64,000 nt of DNA from a virus. Location of the stretch: the IMG/VR virus record IMGVR_UViG_3300036791_001056, positions 32,001 to 96,000 of that record; one strand, 5' to 3'. The position numbers were made by a program, and so were the translations under genes. How positions within the stretch are numbered: position 1 is the stretch's first letter; each line of letters starts with the position of its first letter. A model generated the notes under the pieces. It made no database searches. It saw nothing but the letters and a program-made list of their open reading frames with translations, and was not told the origin of the DNA. This document shows positions 36,401-45,837 of the stretch, one piece after another.

Positions 36401-37929
36401 ATCGCGACGCCGCTCTTACTCGCCGCGGTGGCAAAGTTAGCGACGTCTTGAGCGCCCACGCCCAGCGCGGCTGCCGCGGCCTCAACCTCGGGTGCCTTGG
36501 AGACCAGCTTGGCCAGGTTCGCGTCCGAGACCTCAAACGCCTGTGCCATCTGGTAAGCGCCTGGCACGCCGTTGGCAATGTCAGCGGCGATGTTCCGCAG
36601 CGCGGGAGATGCACTGCCCATGTGCGCGATCTGGTCAGTGGTCGCGCCGAGGCCGCCTGCCAGCCGAGTCATTGCTGCATTCAGTGGCCCGATGTTGCCG
36701 AGCGCCTGAACCAGCACCATCGCGAAGTTCCGCAACTGCGTGACCGCCAGCCCACCCCACAGCGCGACGCCGTGCAGTGCGACAAACAGGGTGAGCAAGG
36801 GCTGCGGGATCCGGCCGATGATGGTCAGCACCTTGGACGCGGCTGCGAAGATCCCGAGCAAGATCTCCGCGATGTGCGTCTGCATCGCGGCCTGCCCGAC
36901 CTTCATCAGCACGCTGAACACGTTGCCGAGGATCTGCCCGAACAGCTGGAGGTCCTTGATGCCGGCCGCGAAGAACGCGGCCAGTCCCTTGCCCGTGGAC
37001 GCCTGCATGTGAACGGCCAGCCGCGCAAAGAGGTGATCCAGATACTGGCCCGTCTCAGCGATGAGCTTATTCAGCACGCCAGTGCTGTGGCTGGTCGCGT
37101 CCAGGTACTCGCCGAGCAGCTCGAACACCTGTGGGCGCACGGCGTCGCTGAGCGCCTGGAAGTTCCCAGTCAGCGGCTTGACGGTCGTGTTCAGCGCACT
37201 GCTGACGGTTGCAATGTTCTTAAACTGCTCGTAGACCTGCATGCCCGACTGGACAGCAGCGACTCCCCACGCCAGCAGCCCCGCCGTGGCGGTGAATACT
37301 GCTGGGATGAACACCGCCAGGAACTCCATGACAGCGTGCAGCACCAGCTCGATGCCAGATACAGTGCCCAATATGGGCAGTGAGCCGAAGATTCCGGCTG
37401 AGAGCTGGAAGTGCTTCGTCCAGAAGCTCGTGGCTTGCGCAGCGTGATTGGCAGACTGCGCGACCGCCTCTTGCGCCTTAGCGATCTTATTCATCGCACT
37501 GATGATCGCTGATGACTCATTGGTGTTGGCCTTGGCTGCCGCCGTCTCGGCAACTTGCGCTGCTGCCGCTCGGTACGCCTCGTCCTCGATGTGCCGAAGC
37601 GCGGCGGCCTGCGCCTCGAGCGCCATTGTGTCCGTTACTGCCGAGTCACGCTGGCGGTCCGTCTCGCGCACCGCGGCAGCCGTCGCCTCACTCAGGTGAG
37701 TCTCAGCGTCTGCCGTGTTCTGCGCAGCGTTCGCCGCGGCCTGCAGCGCCTCCTTGGCCTCGGCACCCGCCGTCAGCGTCTGCTCACCGAACTGCTGGAT
37801 GTCGTGCGTGGTCCGGTCCACCGCTACCTGAAGGCTGCGGAGAGCCTCGATGCAGTCATTAACCGGCCCGATGAGCTCTCGGACGTTTGCGATGAAGTCA
37901 ACGATGACGGGAGGCAGCTCACCGGCCAC
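33493..37929 (-). CDS. tape measure protein
   Basis: 1478 aa, Ala-rich helical, W-spaced repeats, FGFGSPSKLF. Confidence 0.92.
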   Translation of the reverse strand: MAGELPPVIVDFIANVRELIGPVNDCIEALRSLQVAVDRTTHDIQQFGEQTLTAGAEAKEALQAAANAAQNTADAETHLSEATAAAVRETDRQRDSAVTDTMALEAQAAALRHIEDEAYRAAAAQVAETAAAKANTNESSAIISAMNKIAKAQEAVAQSANHAAQATSFWTKHFQLSAGIFGSLPILGTVSGIELVLHAVMEFLAVFIPAVFTATAGLLAWGVAAVQSGMQVYEQFKNIATVSSALNTTVKPLTGNFQALSDAVRPQVFELLGEYLDATSHSTGVLNKLIAETGQYLDHLFARLAVHMQASTGKGLAAFFAAGIKDLQLFGQILGNVFSVLMKVGQAAMQTHIAEILLGIFAAASKVLTIIGRIPQPLLTLFVALHGVALWGGLAVTQLRNFAMVLVQALGNIGPLNAAMTRLAGGLGATTDQIAHMGSASPALRNIAADIANGVPGAYQMAQAFEVSDANLAKLVSKAPEVEAAAAALGVGAQDVANFATAASKSGVAIEDLAAKTTGSAEGLSALTKDLEGGAQGAANLALAFLGTGKSAVSAEEAAAKAGTSFAEGGAKAGIFAKGLSGLAAALPGGPVVWFTLLAAAIAGVGVYLGMMPDTTQRWISSLNKSVEAASNLNMLGTTVSALARNTQELAYSQKTATGNVTELANNQADLSGKLQMELQHVGALQRAYGISMPQALALLQTAGVKASDLFTKQGQVWAADKEQVHGLISGYQAMGQQLGAIGGDMNALLVSESSQLKSMQSINSAWDSFTKIVSGPVDTILTLASGLQTFAKNAGTAGAAMTGLGGSAVTLQQQFQSVYQNVQQTFDAFRSAQAVSGGLGNFTKFVKNAVSALVPLAGGNKAAAAEISALAQEAGGPASTNLQALSRWAGTTKNPLLQLYNASMQATVGASNLSRDAALLGNTLQSDLNPALAQATLTALGGQKTLTDFADKLIKFGPNSAQTIVAGRQVAEMFLSIDKNSKSAEAHFVGWAESMGLSSAQATKLWETVSAGEKPLTRIRDKLASTSQAVANLGKPGLWGQVEHAFMAAWDGVFDWFKNSLPHAMQVAWTAVASYLTKAVPAAWNPIWGALIAPVVRLFSGIKSMIMGIFDPWWSAHAQEMATVMRVAWKVIHAIITTAWSGIMSFLRGGTGALESMWKNVWGVISGVAKVAWGLINGITTAALDVLKGLFRAAWDIIKGVVQTAVNLIKIAIQSGLSIMLGIVGTILDIITGHWSKAFNDMKTLTSTAFHAIVNIITTIASGFGTLLLSAGRAIIQGLINGITSMAGAAASAIQSVGSSLWGAAKHFFGFGSPSKLFTQAGIWLMDGLRIGISGSAGRVLAQMKAMAQSLTAQLQNSFGPMRHIVETQMSRLVAQFDHYWHILHEKHLQHLRDMGLTSGGGSLSVSVTGSPATAVPPGVITGSMSGPQVLVVHQAIKVDGKINEQALFTFVKQESYRYNIRNSGVVTGTLKPGLGL

Positions 37930-38031
37930 GAGTCACCTCCATCACCAGTTAGACATCATCTAGCGCTCGTGGTATAGTAAGTCTCATGACGACCTGGGAA
38001 CCTACCGGCCGCGGCGGTCTCAGGGCGGCGA

Positions 38032-38103
38032 ACCGGGGTAGCTCAGCAGCAGAGCACCACCCGAACGCGGTGGAGGCCGGTGGTTCGAGTCCACCCCCCG
38101 GTG
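38032..38103 (+). tRNA. isolated tRNA-like gene, noncanonical anticodon loop CG-AAC-GC
   Basis: perfect cloverleaf ACCGGGG/CCCCGGT with D and T arms. Confidence 0.7.
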
Positions 38104-38493
38104 CGAGTTAGGTGGGCCGAGCGGCTCGGCCTGCCAAAGTGCCCGTACCTCATCCGGTGGTCAGCTGAGACATCAGCTGGCTCGCTGCGCGTGCATCACT
38201 GGCTCGCCCCGGATGATGAGCGCGCGTTCCACGATCATCCGTGGTGGTTCATCACGATCGTAGTGCGCGGTAACTACGCTGATCACAGTCCGGCGGGCGT
38301 TGATCACCTGCGCACCGGCTCTGTCCGGCTTCGGCGCGCGCTGCATCAGCACACCGTCGTCCCGGACGCGCGCGGCGCGTGGACCGTTGTGATTACCGGG
38401 CCTAAGTCACGCAGCTGGGGGTTCTGGCTGGGCGGCAAGTTCCGGAAGGCCAACAAGTGGTTTGCCACTTACGGTCATCATCCCTGCAGTTAA
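38080..38493 (+). CDS. cupin-like protein (start may be 38101)
   Basis: FHDHPWWF...GNY...HQHTV. Confidence 0.7.
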   Translation: MVRVHPPVRVRWAERLGLPKCPYLIRWSAETSAGSLRVHHWLAPDDERAFHDHPWWFITIVVRGNYADHSPAGVDHLRTGSVRLRRALHQHTVVPDARGAWTVVITGPKSRSWGFWLGGKFRKANKWFATYGHHPCS

Positions 38494-38709
38494 TCACATC
38501 AACCCACTCATACACACAGGTGAAAGGAAGTGCGTAAGGTATGGCAAAGATGCGAGTGCCGGGTCAAGCACACAGACAAGAACGGGCGTCCCACCGCGTG
38601 CGATGAGCTGTTCTCGCAGCGCGGGTCAGATTACCGAGACTGCTTCTGGTGCTGGCTGAAGAATCATCCCACACCGGTCAAGCATCTCGGGTGATTGTTA
38701 GCGTGCTGG

Positions 38710-39144
38710 TCACAGTCCTGTGTACTGCCGGAACACCTTGATGGCTGCGTCTCGCGCTGCGCTGCTGTGCCGCCGGATGGCTGGCCTGACGTATGGGCGT
38801 GGTGGCAGGTGAGACCGGTGCCCGCGTCCCGTCCAGCCTCCGAGCTCTTGAATGCGGGCGTAAACGGTCGTGGGAGCCACCCGGGCGGTCCACTGGTACG
38901 GCCCGCTGGGGTACAGCCGAGTCCGCCGTACTGACCCGCGCAGGCGCCCGCTGATGAGTGACGGCGGATCTACGCCGCCCTGTGACGGCGTCTTAGTTCC
39001 CGCTGGGTGCGAGCTGCGGCTGAGCTCAGCCTTGATGGCGCGCTCACCGACCGCGCCCATCGTGATGGCCATCTGCCGCGTGGACTCGGCGGCGCGCGCC
39101 TGAACCTGTCGCAGCGCGGCCTCGAGCGCGTCGATGCTTGCCAT
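38710..39144 (-). CDS. neck/tail-completion protein (HK97 gp10-like)
   Basis: PPSLISGRLRGS, YARIQELG, PPRPYVRPA. Confidence 0.8.
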   Translation of the reverse strand: MASIDALEAALRQVQARAAESTRQMAITMGAVGERAIKAELSRSSHPAGTKTPSQGGVDPPSLISGRLRGSVRRTRLYPSGPYQWTARVAPTTVYARIQELGGWTGRGHRSHLPPRPYVRPAIRRHSSAARDAAIKVFRQYTGL

Positions 39145-39740
39145 CTACCCTCCCCGGCGCGCTGATCGCTGGGCATCGCGCGCCTTCTTAGCCTCTGCCT
39201 CATTCTGCGCCTGCTCGATCGCGGGCCACCACGTGACCGCGTCCAGTGACGCATTGTCGGTCATCTCCTCGGTGAACCCGTACATCTTCGCAAAGAACCG
39301 CTTAGTGAGCGTCTCCGGCGGCATGCTGGTGGGCAGGGGCAGGCTGTACTTCCCCTCGCTCAGGAAGAGACCGCGGAGTCGGACAGCATCCTGAGGTTTG
39401 GGGCCTGCATCACCTTCTCCAGCATAGGAGCGATGGTCTTCTCGAGCTCGTTGTAATCGTCGAGATCCAGCGCGTCGCCAAACGCGTCGCGGACGTGCTC
39501 GTGCCAGGCAGCCGAGCTGCCCACGCACTGCGGGCACGTGTGCTGGCTGGGCAGCGGGTCATCGAGCGACCACGCCTCCACGAGGCGCGCCAGCAGCGCG
39601 GTCTCCATGAGGGCGAGGATGCCGCCGCTGGCGGAGCCGTCAGCGGACGCGCGGATGACGTTCTGGACCGAGAACTTGTCCTTGGCCTTGAGAGCTGTGC
39701 GCAGCTCCACCGTTGCGCCGCTCGGCAGCGAAACTTCCAT
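39145..39740 (-). CDS. tail assembly chaperone (G 39360-39740; G-T by -1 frameshift at CCCAAAC 39396-39402)
   Basis: XXXYYYZ heptamer in frame; the -1 frame continues to 39145. Confidence 0.8.
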
Positions 39741-39861
39741 GTAATGTCCCATCTTGTTGAGGAGCAGCGTGACTCCCATCAGCGCTCCTTGTTTACATCA
39801 GTGTAGGAGTGTGGTAGAGTTACTACTAGTTGGACAACTCCACAGAGGAACGGAGCCGAGG

Positions 39862-40206
39862 ATGACAACAGGCACGCAGACCCGCGAGGCAGGCATTAGG
39901 TGCGGGCACTGCAAGGGCCGGCACCAGAGCGTCGCAGCAGTTAAAGTCTGCTACGACACGCGGGACTGCATCTGGCAGATCCCAGCCGCTCCCGGGTACA
40001 TGACCGGAAGCTACAGTGTGGTCCAGTCCATCGATGAGGCGATCGCCGAAGCCGAAGACTTCGCGGCCCAGCAGGCCGGCGAGATCTGGGCCGAGAACGC
40101 CATCGAACGTCACTACGAGGGCTGGTACCGGATGCCCGACCGCGAGGAGGAGCTCGAGCGGCGGGCGGAGAGCAGCGGAACCCCCATCCCACTCGGTTTT
40201 TACTGA
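39862..40206 (+). CDS. hypothetical protein (antisense island)
   Basis: CGHC...H...C; promoter 39792-39820. Confidence 0.65.
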   Translation: MTTGTQTREAGIRCGHCKGRHQSVAAVKVCYDTRDCIWQIPAAPGYMTGSYSVVQSIDEAIAEAEDFAAQQAGEIWAENAIERHYEGWYRMPDREEELERRAESSGTPIPLGFY

Positions 40207-40332
40207 TCGGTCCCCACCCCAGTGCCCGCGCTCTCACAGCGCGGGCGCTGCTGGTTTACATCACACCAGTGATGTGGTATGATTTAGATCAGGAACAGAG
40301 CAGAGGAGGCACCATAAGGGGAGAGGTGCGCA

Positions 40333-40572
40333 ATGAACATCACCATTAAGAACCGGAAGTGCCCGGACTGCGGGCGCACCTTCGATCACCAGTGGTCACG
40401 CTCGTGCCCAGCCTGCGCTGTCCAGCGCCAGCGTCACTCTAAAGAGTGGCGAGAGTTCTGCCGCGTGATGGGTGGCCCGTGGTGGGATGAGTTCGATGAG
40501 TGGCTGGCGGATCACGTCACCGCTGAGTGCAAGTGGTGCCAGCGCACGCTTAGTACGTCGGCACGTTGTTGA
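40333..40572 (+). CDS. Zn-finger hypothetical protein (antisense island)
   Basis: CPDC, CPAC; promoter 40255-40283. Confidence 0.6.
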   Translation: MNITIKNRKCPDCGRTFDHQWSRSCPACAVQRQRHSKEWREFCRVMGGPWWDEFDEWLADHVTAECKWCQRTLSTSARC

Positions 40573-41821
40573 TCAGCGTGATCGTCATCGGGCCGAGGCC
40601 GCCCGAGCCGCCCGCGTCGGTGACGTTGGCCACGCACTGGATCTCATCCTCGTAGCCCATGAGGACCGCGGTCCGGTTGGGCTTAGCCTTGATGTATCCC
40701 GCGACGGAGCTCGTGATGTTGCACTGGATGTTGGCCGTGCCTGCCAGCCCGTTGTTCAAGTTGACGGTCATCGTTGGCTGCGTGTTGTTGAGCATGTTCA
40801 GCAGTGCGGTCTCGTCCGTGGCCACGGTGTAGTGCAGCGTCGCGGTCGCGTCGAGCGAGCCCCGGCCGATGACGAACGGTGACTGCGTGCCCTGCGCCGT
40901 CCAGTAGACCTGCAGCTCGCGCTTGACGCTGAAGCTCCACTCACCGGCCTGCGTCATCGCGCTGCCGCCGATGTTGATGTTGGTCTGCCACGAGGGGACC
41001 GGGACCACGCTGGACGGCAGGTTGACAGGTGCCGTTGTGCCGCTGGCGGGCACGCTCAGCCAGCTGTTCCCGGACACCTTGACCTGGAAGAGCTGCTCAG
41101 TGTTGCCCGTCAGGTCCAGCTGGCTGACGCAGAGGTACGGGTATGACCGAGCACCGGTGACCGCGGTGATGCCGGTGTAGTCGGTCGCGCAGTGAACGGG
41201 CGGCTGGCCGGTGCCGAGCCACGAGCCGGTGTTGAGGATCGCAAAGCGGTGGGTGTACGGGCCGGTGACGGTGAACACGCTGCCCGCCACGTGGCTGAAC
41301 CGCAGCGGCGTGCTGGTGAAGTTGATCACCGATCCGGGCGCGGTGCCGCTCAGCACCACCACCTCGGCGATCGATCCCTGCCCGATCTGGACGATGCTGT
41401 TCGCCGAGTAGCCCGCGATTGATGACAGCGTGCCGGTGGTCGCGCCCGACACAGCGGTGCCGGTCAGCGTGGTCCCGTTCGCAGGCGATGTGCCCACGGT
41501 CGAGAGGTCACCAAAGGTGTTGTCGAAGAAGTACCCCTCAATGTCACCGTAAAACGGGCCACCGTACGAGAACGACGCGTCTTCCGGGCCCTGGATGAGG
41601 CTGTACACCTGAGCCATGCTGCCTCTGATGGCCGTGTCCAGCAACCAGTGAGGGGTGTCCTCTGGTTCATAGGTGCTCTTGTCCAAAGGGATTGTACTGG
41701 CCATGCCAGTAATCCCAGGATACGTATTAGGAAGATCTGCGTTTCCGGGCACTAGAGACCGCGTGAGTCCCAGAAACGTAAGATTGCTGGGATGCACCGC
41801 CAGCAATGATGCAGCAGTCAC
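40550..41821 (-). CDS. major tail (tube) protein
   Basis: 423 aa, beta-rich, upstream of the chaperone gene. Confidence 0.8.
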   Translation of the reverse strand: MTAASLLAVHPSNLTFLGLTRSLVPGNADLPNTYPGITGMASTIPLDKSTYEPEDTPHWLLDTAIRGSMAQVYSLIQGPEDASFSYGGPFYGDIEGYFFDNTFGDLSTVGTSPANGTTLTGTAVSGATTGTLSSIAGYSANSIVQIGQGSIAEVVVLSGTAPGSVINFTSTPLRFSHVAGSVFTVTGPYTHRFAILNTGSWLGTGQPPVHCATDYTGITAVTGARSYPYLCVSQLDLTGNTEQLFQVKVSGNSWLSVPASGTTAPVNLPSSVVPVPSWQTNINIGGSAMTQAGEWSFSVKRELQVYWTAQGTQSPFVIGRGSLDATATLHYTVATDETALLNMLNNTQPTMTVNLNNGLAGTANIQCNITSSVAGYIKAKPNRTAVLMGYEDEIQCVANVTDAGGSGGLGPMTITLINNVPTY

Positions 41822-41856
41822 GGTTACCCGTCCTTCTTCGTGATATAATTATTAAT

Positions 41857-42732
41857 ATGCGGGTCGGATGCATTTACAGCTTGAATGATCCTGAGACTGA
41901 TGAGATCCGGTACATTGGCAAGACGATCCAGAACCCTGAAATCCGGTTTAAAAGACACATAACTGCTGCGGAACGTGAGGTAAACACTCATGTTCACCGC
42001 TGGATGCGAACGCTATCTGCGCCGCCCGTACTAGTTATCTTGGACACAGTGCTAGAAGATGAGCTAGACACCGCTGAGATTCACTGGATCGCTGTTATGC
42101 GGGCTAAAGGTGCTCGGCTCACCAACATAACGAGCGGTGGCGGCGGTCACCTAGGCGTAAAGCTGTCACCCGAGCACCGCGCTAAGATCAGCGCGGGCAA
42201 TCGCGGTAAGACGTACTCGCCTGAGGCACGGGCCAAGATGTCGGTTGCGCAGCAAGGGAAGATCATGTCACCCGAAGCGCGAGCTAAGATCAGCGCTGCG
42301 CTGACGGGACGGAAGTTTTCCGCAGAGACGAACCAGAAGCGCGCTGACGCGCAGCGCGGCCGGCCGCTGTCACCAGAGCGCCGGGCTAAGATAGCCGCTG
42401 CGCTGCGCGGAAGAGCGCCGTCACCGGAAACACTGATTAAGATCGCCGCTAAAAACCGGGGCCGGCATCACACACCAGAAGCGCGTGCCAAGATCGGCGC
42501 GGGCAATCGCGGGAAGATCATGTCACCGGAAGCCCGGGCTAAGATCTCTGCGGCAGTCCGCCAATCATACGCTGAAAACGGTACGCGAAAGTTGTCTGAA
42601 GAGCACAAGGCTAAGATCCGTGCGGCGAGAACAGGGCAAAAGCTATCAGAAGAGCACAAGGCTAAGATCAGCGCAGCAGCAGTCAAGCGCAGAGAGACTA
42701 CGCCTGCAGCGCTTCTACGAGAGAGACAGTGA
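41857..42732 (+). CDS. GIY-YIG homing endonuclease with NUMOD3 repeats
   Basis: CIY...YIGKT...E...LTN; about 10 SPE(A/H)RAKIS-type repeats. Confidence 0.9.
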   Translation: MRVGCIYSLNDPETDEIRYIGKTIQNPEIRFKRHITAAEREVNTHVHRWMRTLSAPPVLVILDTVLEDELDTAEIHWIAVMRAKGARLTNITSGGGGHLGVKLSPEHRAKISAGNRGKTYSPEARAKMSVAQQGKIMSPEARAKISAALTGRKFSAETNQKRADAQRGRPLSPERRAKIAAALRGRAPSPETLIKIAAKNRGRHHTPEARAKIGAGNRGKIMSPEARAKISAAVRQSYAENGTRKLSEEHKAKIRAARTGQKLSEEHKAKISAAAVKRRETTPAALLRERQ

Positions 42733-43210
42733 TCTGCGCGTCATAGCGGTTGAACGCCTGATCGCTCAGGGCGCGCAGGTCGATCCGGTAACTCATCCGC
42801 TCGCCGATGTCCAGCAGCCACGACTGCTGCTCGGTGTACGGGTCCACGACGAGCGGGCGCTCGGGCGACGTCCGCAGAGTGAACATAATGGCGTCGACGA
42901 TCCCGGGAAAGAGCGTGTCGCTCGCCGGGTCGTCATCCTGCCCGAAGAACACCACCCACAGGTCCAGCGTGTGCTCGATGTTCTTCCACCCGCTCGGGGT
43001 GCCCGGCCCGGTGTTGCGCGGCACCGTCCCGACCTTGGTGCTGTCGCGCGACTCATCACCGGTGGCCGGCCACACGTACACCGTCGGCACCTCTGCCTCA
43101 ACGTTCGGGTCGGGCGGCGTGATGTACGCGGCGAGGTTCGGGATCCCGCCCGGGAGCGGCAGGCCGTTGAGCAGGCCCTGGATGTACACCTGCGCTGAGT
43201 TGATCGGCAC
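42698..43210 (-). CDS. tail terminator-like protein
   Basis: size and position between the adaptor and major tail genes. Confidence 0.65.
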   Translation of the reverse strand: MPINSAQVYIQGLLNGLPLPGGIPNLAAYITPPDPNVEAEVPTVYVWPATGDESRDSTKVGTVPRNTGPGTPSGWKNIEHTLDLWVVFFGQDDDPASDTLFPGIVDAIMFTLRTSPERPLVVDPYTEQQSWLLDIGERMSYRIDLRALSDQAFNRYDAQITVSLVEALQA

Positions 43211-43370
43211 AGTCTTACCTCTTAGGCCACGGCAGGACGTGGATCGCCAGCACGATGAGCCCGGCCGTCGTCAGCCCGGTCACGTCGAACCAGTGGCTGT
43301 GAACGGTAACGGCGGCGCCGTGAGCCAAGAACGTTGCCGTGAACAGTTACGATTACTGCGACTCCGAACA

Positions 43371-44315
43371 TCAGATCACCCGCCTGAACGGCGCGAGCAG
43401 CGCCTCTCCCTGCTTAATGAAGTCAGCTGGCTTAGCACTCCCGCCACCTGCGCCTCCCGGAATGCTCTGCACCGTGGTAGATGTGGCGCCCCGGGCGAGC
43501 GCCATTGCCGCGGCGAAGAGAATGCAGCCCCACGTGACCGACTGAGGGATGGTAGAGAACAGTGTTCCCGCCTGGTGAGCGTACGTGAGCGGCAGCGCGA
43601 GCGTCAGCGTGCCCGGCCCGGTCGTCACGCTCGTCTGCGTGACCGTGGCCACCTCTTGCTGCCCGCTGTCGAAGAACGTGCCAATGGCTCCGGTGACGTT
43701 GCTGAACGGCGTGGTGATGGCCCAAGCGGTGCAGTCATCTACCTGGATGGTTGTGTCGCCCGCGGTCGAGTTGACCGTCATCCCAGTGTGTGGCCACCCG
43801 TTGTAGTACTGCACCTGCAGGATGGTGCCCTGCCGGCCACTGCCCCAGTTGATGACGCCCGGCGCGACGATGATGGCTTGCCCGCCCTCAGCCGCATCAG
43901 ACGGCGCTGATGAGCCGTAGATGCCGAGCACCGGCACCTCCGGCTCGTACAGGCCCGTGGGAACGGTGATCCACTGGTGGGGCCACTGGTTAGCGGCAGC
44001 AGTCATCACGTTGACGATTCCTGTGACCGGCCATCTCGAGAGGATGATCCGCCCATTTCGTGACCCGACTTGAATGGTCGCGCGGAAGTTCGGCCCGCGG
44101 ACGATCTCGGTGTCCAGCGTCGCCCGCAGCAGCTGGTTGCAGTACTTATCCGCCTGGGCTGTGGCTCGTGCGCACAGGTTGGTCTGCTCGGCGATCCGCA
44201 TGGCCGGGGTCACGCCGCTCCCAGCTGGGATCGTGGACCAGCTGATGCCCGTTGGTGCGGTAATCAGCATCTCAGGGGTGATGTACGGTGACAGCGGGCC
44301 GGTAACTCCCGTCAT
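43371..44315 (-). CDS. head-tail adaptor
   Basis: PYITPEML, ATAQADKYCNQ, ends LLAPFRRVI. Confidence 0.75.
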   Translation of the reverse strand: MTGVTGPLSPYITPEMLITAPTGISWSTIPAGSGVTPAMRIAEQTNLCARATAQADKYCNQLLRATLDTEIVRGPNFRATIQVGSRNGRIILSRWPVTGIVNVMTAAANQWPHQWITVPTGLYEPEVPVLGIYGSSAPSDAAEGGQAIIVAPGVINWGSGRQGTILQVQYYNGWPHTGMTVNSTAGDTTIQVDDCTAWAITTPFSNVTGAIGTFFDSGQQEVATVTQTSVTTGPGTLTLALPLTYAHQAGTLFSTIPQSVTWGCILFAAAMALARGATSTTVQSIPGGAGGGSAKPADFIKQGEALLAPFRRVI

Positions 44316-44378
44316 TGCAGTAGACACCGCCTTGCTGACGTGATATGATCTATACCAGGAACGGAGCAGAGAGCAGGA

Positions 44379-44597
44379 ATGAGCCCCGTGAACACTAAGG
44401 TCAAGATCCCGCGCGAGCTGCGACGGGTGCATAGAGTCGCGGTCGCGCAGGGCTGGACCGTTACGCTTACTGGTGGCGGGCACCACTGCTGGTGCTCCGC
44501 CACCGGTGCGCAGATCTTCACCGGCAGCACGCCGGGCGATCAGCGCAGCATCAAGAATCACATCGCCAAGCTGAGGCGCGCCGGGCTGCGTCTCTGA
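44379..44597 (+). CDS. HicA-like protein
   Basis: QGWTVTLTGGGH...STPGD...LRRAG; own promoter. Confidence 0.7.
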   Translation: MSPVNTKVKIPRELRRVHRVAVAQGWTVTLTGGGHHCWCSATGAQIFTGSTPGDQRSIKNHIAKLRRAGLRL

Positions 44598-45212
44598 TTA
44601 CGCGCGTCTCGCCGCCGGGACCGAGCGCTTAGGCTGCGTCACCTGCCGAGCAGGGCGCCGCGCAGGCGCAGCAGCGCTCGGCACCGGCGGTGGGCCTGAC
44701 CGCTCCTGATCATCGCTCTCAACGGTGGCCGGCACAGTCACAGCAGCTGCGGGCAGTGTGCGATCATCAGCATCAGGCACGGCTGGGACGCTGATCACCA
44801 GCCGAGCGCCGCACTCAGCGCAGAACTTGCTGCTCGGCACGTTCTCGTGACCGGCAGCGCACGCTATGGTGCCGTAATCAGCCGTGCGCTTGATCATCGG
44901 CTCGAGAAACTCGGCCACGGGCAGCCCGGCGATCTTCGCCAGCGCCAGCGCCATGATGTCCTCGCGGCTGCGGGTGGTGGACTTCTCCGCGTTGTCACGC
45001 GCCAAGTCCTCGTCGGGGGTGGTCGGCACGTCAGCGAGCGTACCCGACCACAGCGGGTCATTCGCGAGATACTCGCTGCACTGCGGGCAGTTGAGCGCCC
45101 AGATCTTAGCGGGTGCGCCGTGGCTGACGGGTCGGCTGTGCGGCTCGCCGCAGCCTCCGTGCGCCCGGCTTACAGCGACGCTCATTGCGTCACTGCGGCC
45201 ATACCTGATCAT
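44598..45212 (-). CDS. Zn-ribbon hypothetical protein
   Basis: CPQC, FCAECG. Confidence 0.6.
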   Translation of the reverse strand: MIRYGRSDAMSVAVSRAHGGCGEPHSRPVSHGAPAKIWALNCPQCSEYLANDPLWSGTLADVPTTPDEDLARDNAEKSTTRSREDIMALALAKIAGLPVAEFLEPMIKRTADYGTIACAAGHENVPSSKFCAECGARLVISVPAVPDADDRTLPAAAVTVPATVESDDQERSGPPPVPSAAAPARRPARQVTQPKRSVPAARRA

Positions 45213-45254
45213 GAGTCAACTGCCTCCTTGTTGTGTGGTATAGTTCTATCTGTC

Positions 45255-45330
45255 TAACCCAGCCCGGCCGAGCATGAGCATGAGCTGAGCGCAGCATGAG
45301 CGGAGTGGGGCGAAGCGTAGCTCAGTACCA
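45255..45330. repeat. degenerate 5-bp periodic repeat tract
   Basis: AACCC AGCCC GGCCG AGCAT ... AGCTG AGCGC ... AGCGT AGCTC AGTAC. Confidence 0.65.
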
Positions 45331-45362
45331 AACTGGTTTTACCTAAGGAATGAGGAACAGAG

Positions 45363-45710
45363 ATGACGATCGCACGTGAGCAGGTGAGCATGCCCGAGCT
45401 GCTGCCGGTGCCCGCTGAGCCCCTGAAGACGTGGAAGACGCGCCTGAATGCGCTGTTCCCCAAGTTCACCCCGAACTCGCGGGTCGAGATCGATTCCCAC
45501 CTCGTGGCGGTGCGCACGTACGCTGCGTGGGCTGAGGGATTCTGGAAGACGCAAGGTGAGATCGCTACCCTGCGGATCCGTGAGCAGCTGCGCGACGGCG
45601 AGTTCGGCACGGTGGGCGGCGTAGACGTCGTGCAGCGTCATCGGTACCCAGTTGATGGCCACTACGTGACACCTGGCGATCGCGATTACCTGAAGAGCGT
45701 AAAGGCGTAA
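45363..45710 (+). CDS. hypothetical protein flanked by pentamer tracts
   Basis: GAGGAACAGAG leader; GC3-biased codons. Confidence 0.7.
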   Translation: MTIAREQVSMPELLPVPAEPLKTWKTRLNALFPKFTPNSRVEIDSHLVAVRTYAAWAEGFWKTQGEIATLRIREQLRDGEFGTVGGVDVVQRHRYPVDGHYVTPGDRDYLKSVKA

Positions 45711-45826
45711 AGACTAAGCGGAGCGGTGCGTAGCAGTGCTAAGCAGAGCTAAGCATTTTCCGCAGTTAAGCAGAGCTAAGCATAACCGAGCGAACCAGAG
45801 TTGAGTCGAGCAGTGCACAGCCCAGG
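45711..45826. repeat. degenerate 5-bp periodic repeat tract
   Basis: AAGCG GAGCG GTGCG TAGCA GTGCT AAGCA GAGCT AAGCA. Confidence 0.7.
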
Positions 45827-45837
45827 AGCGCGGCGGC

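Noticed and set aside
28000-38000. Long + strand ORFs opposite the tail genes (and similar shadow ORFs elsewhere)
   Set aside because: Antisense artefacts of high GC3 codon bias.
41857-42732. Intron or intein around the GIY-YIG gene
   Set aside because: The gene is intergenic and antisense, the flanking genes look intact, and no group I core motifs were seen.
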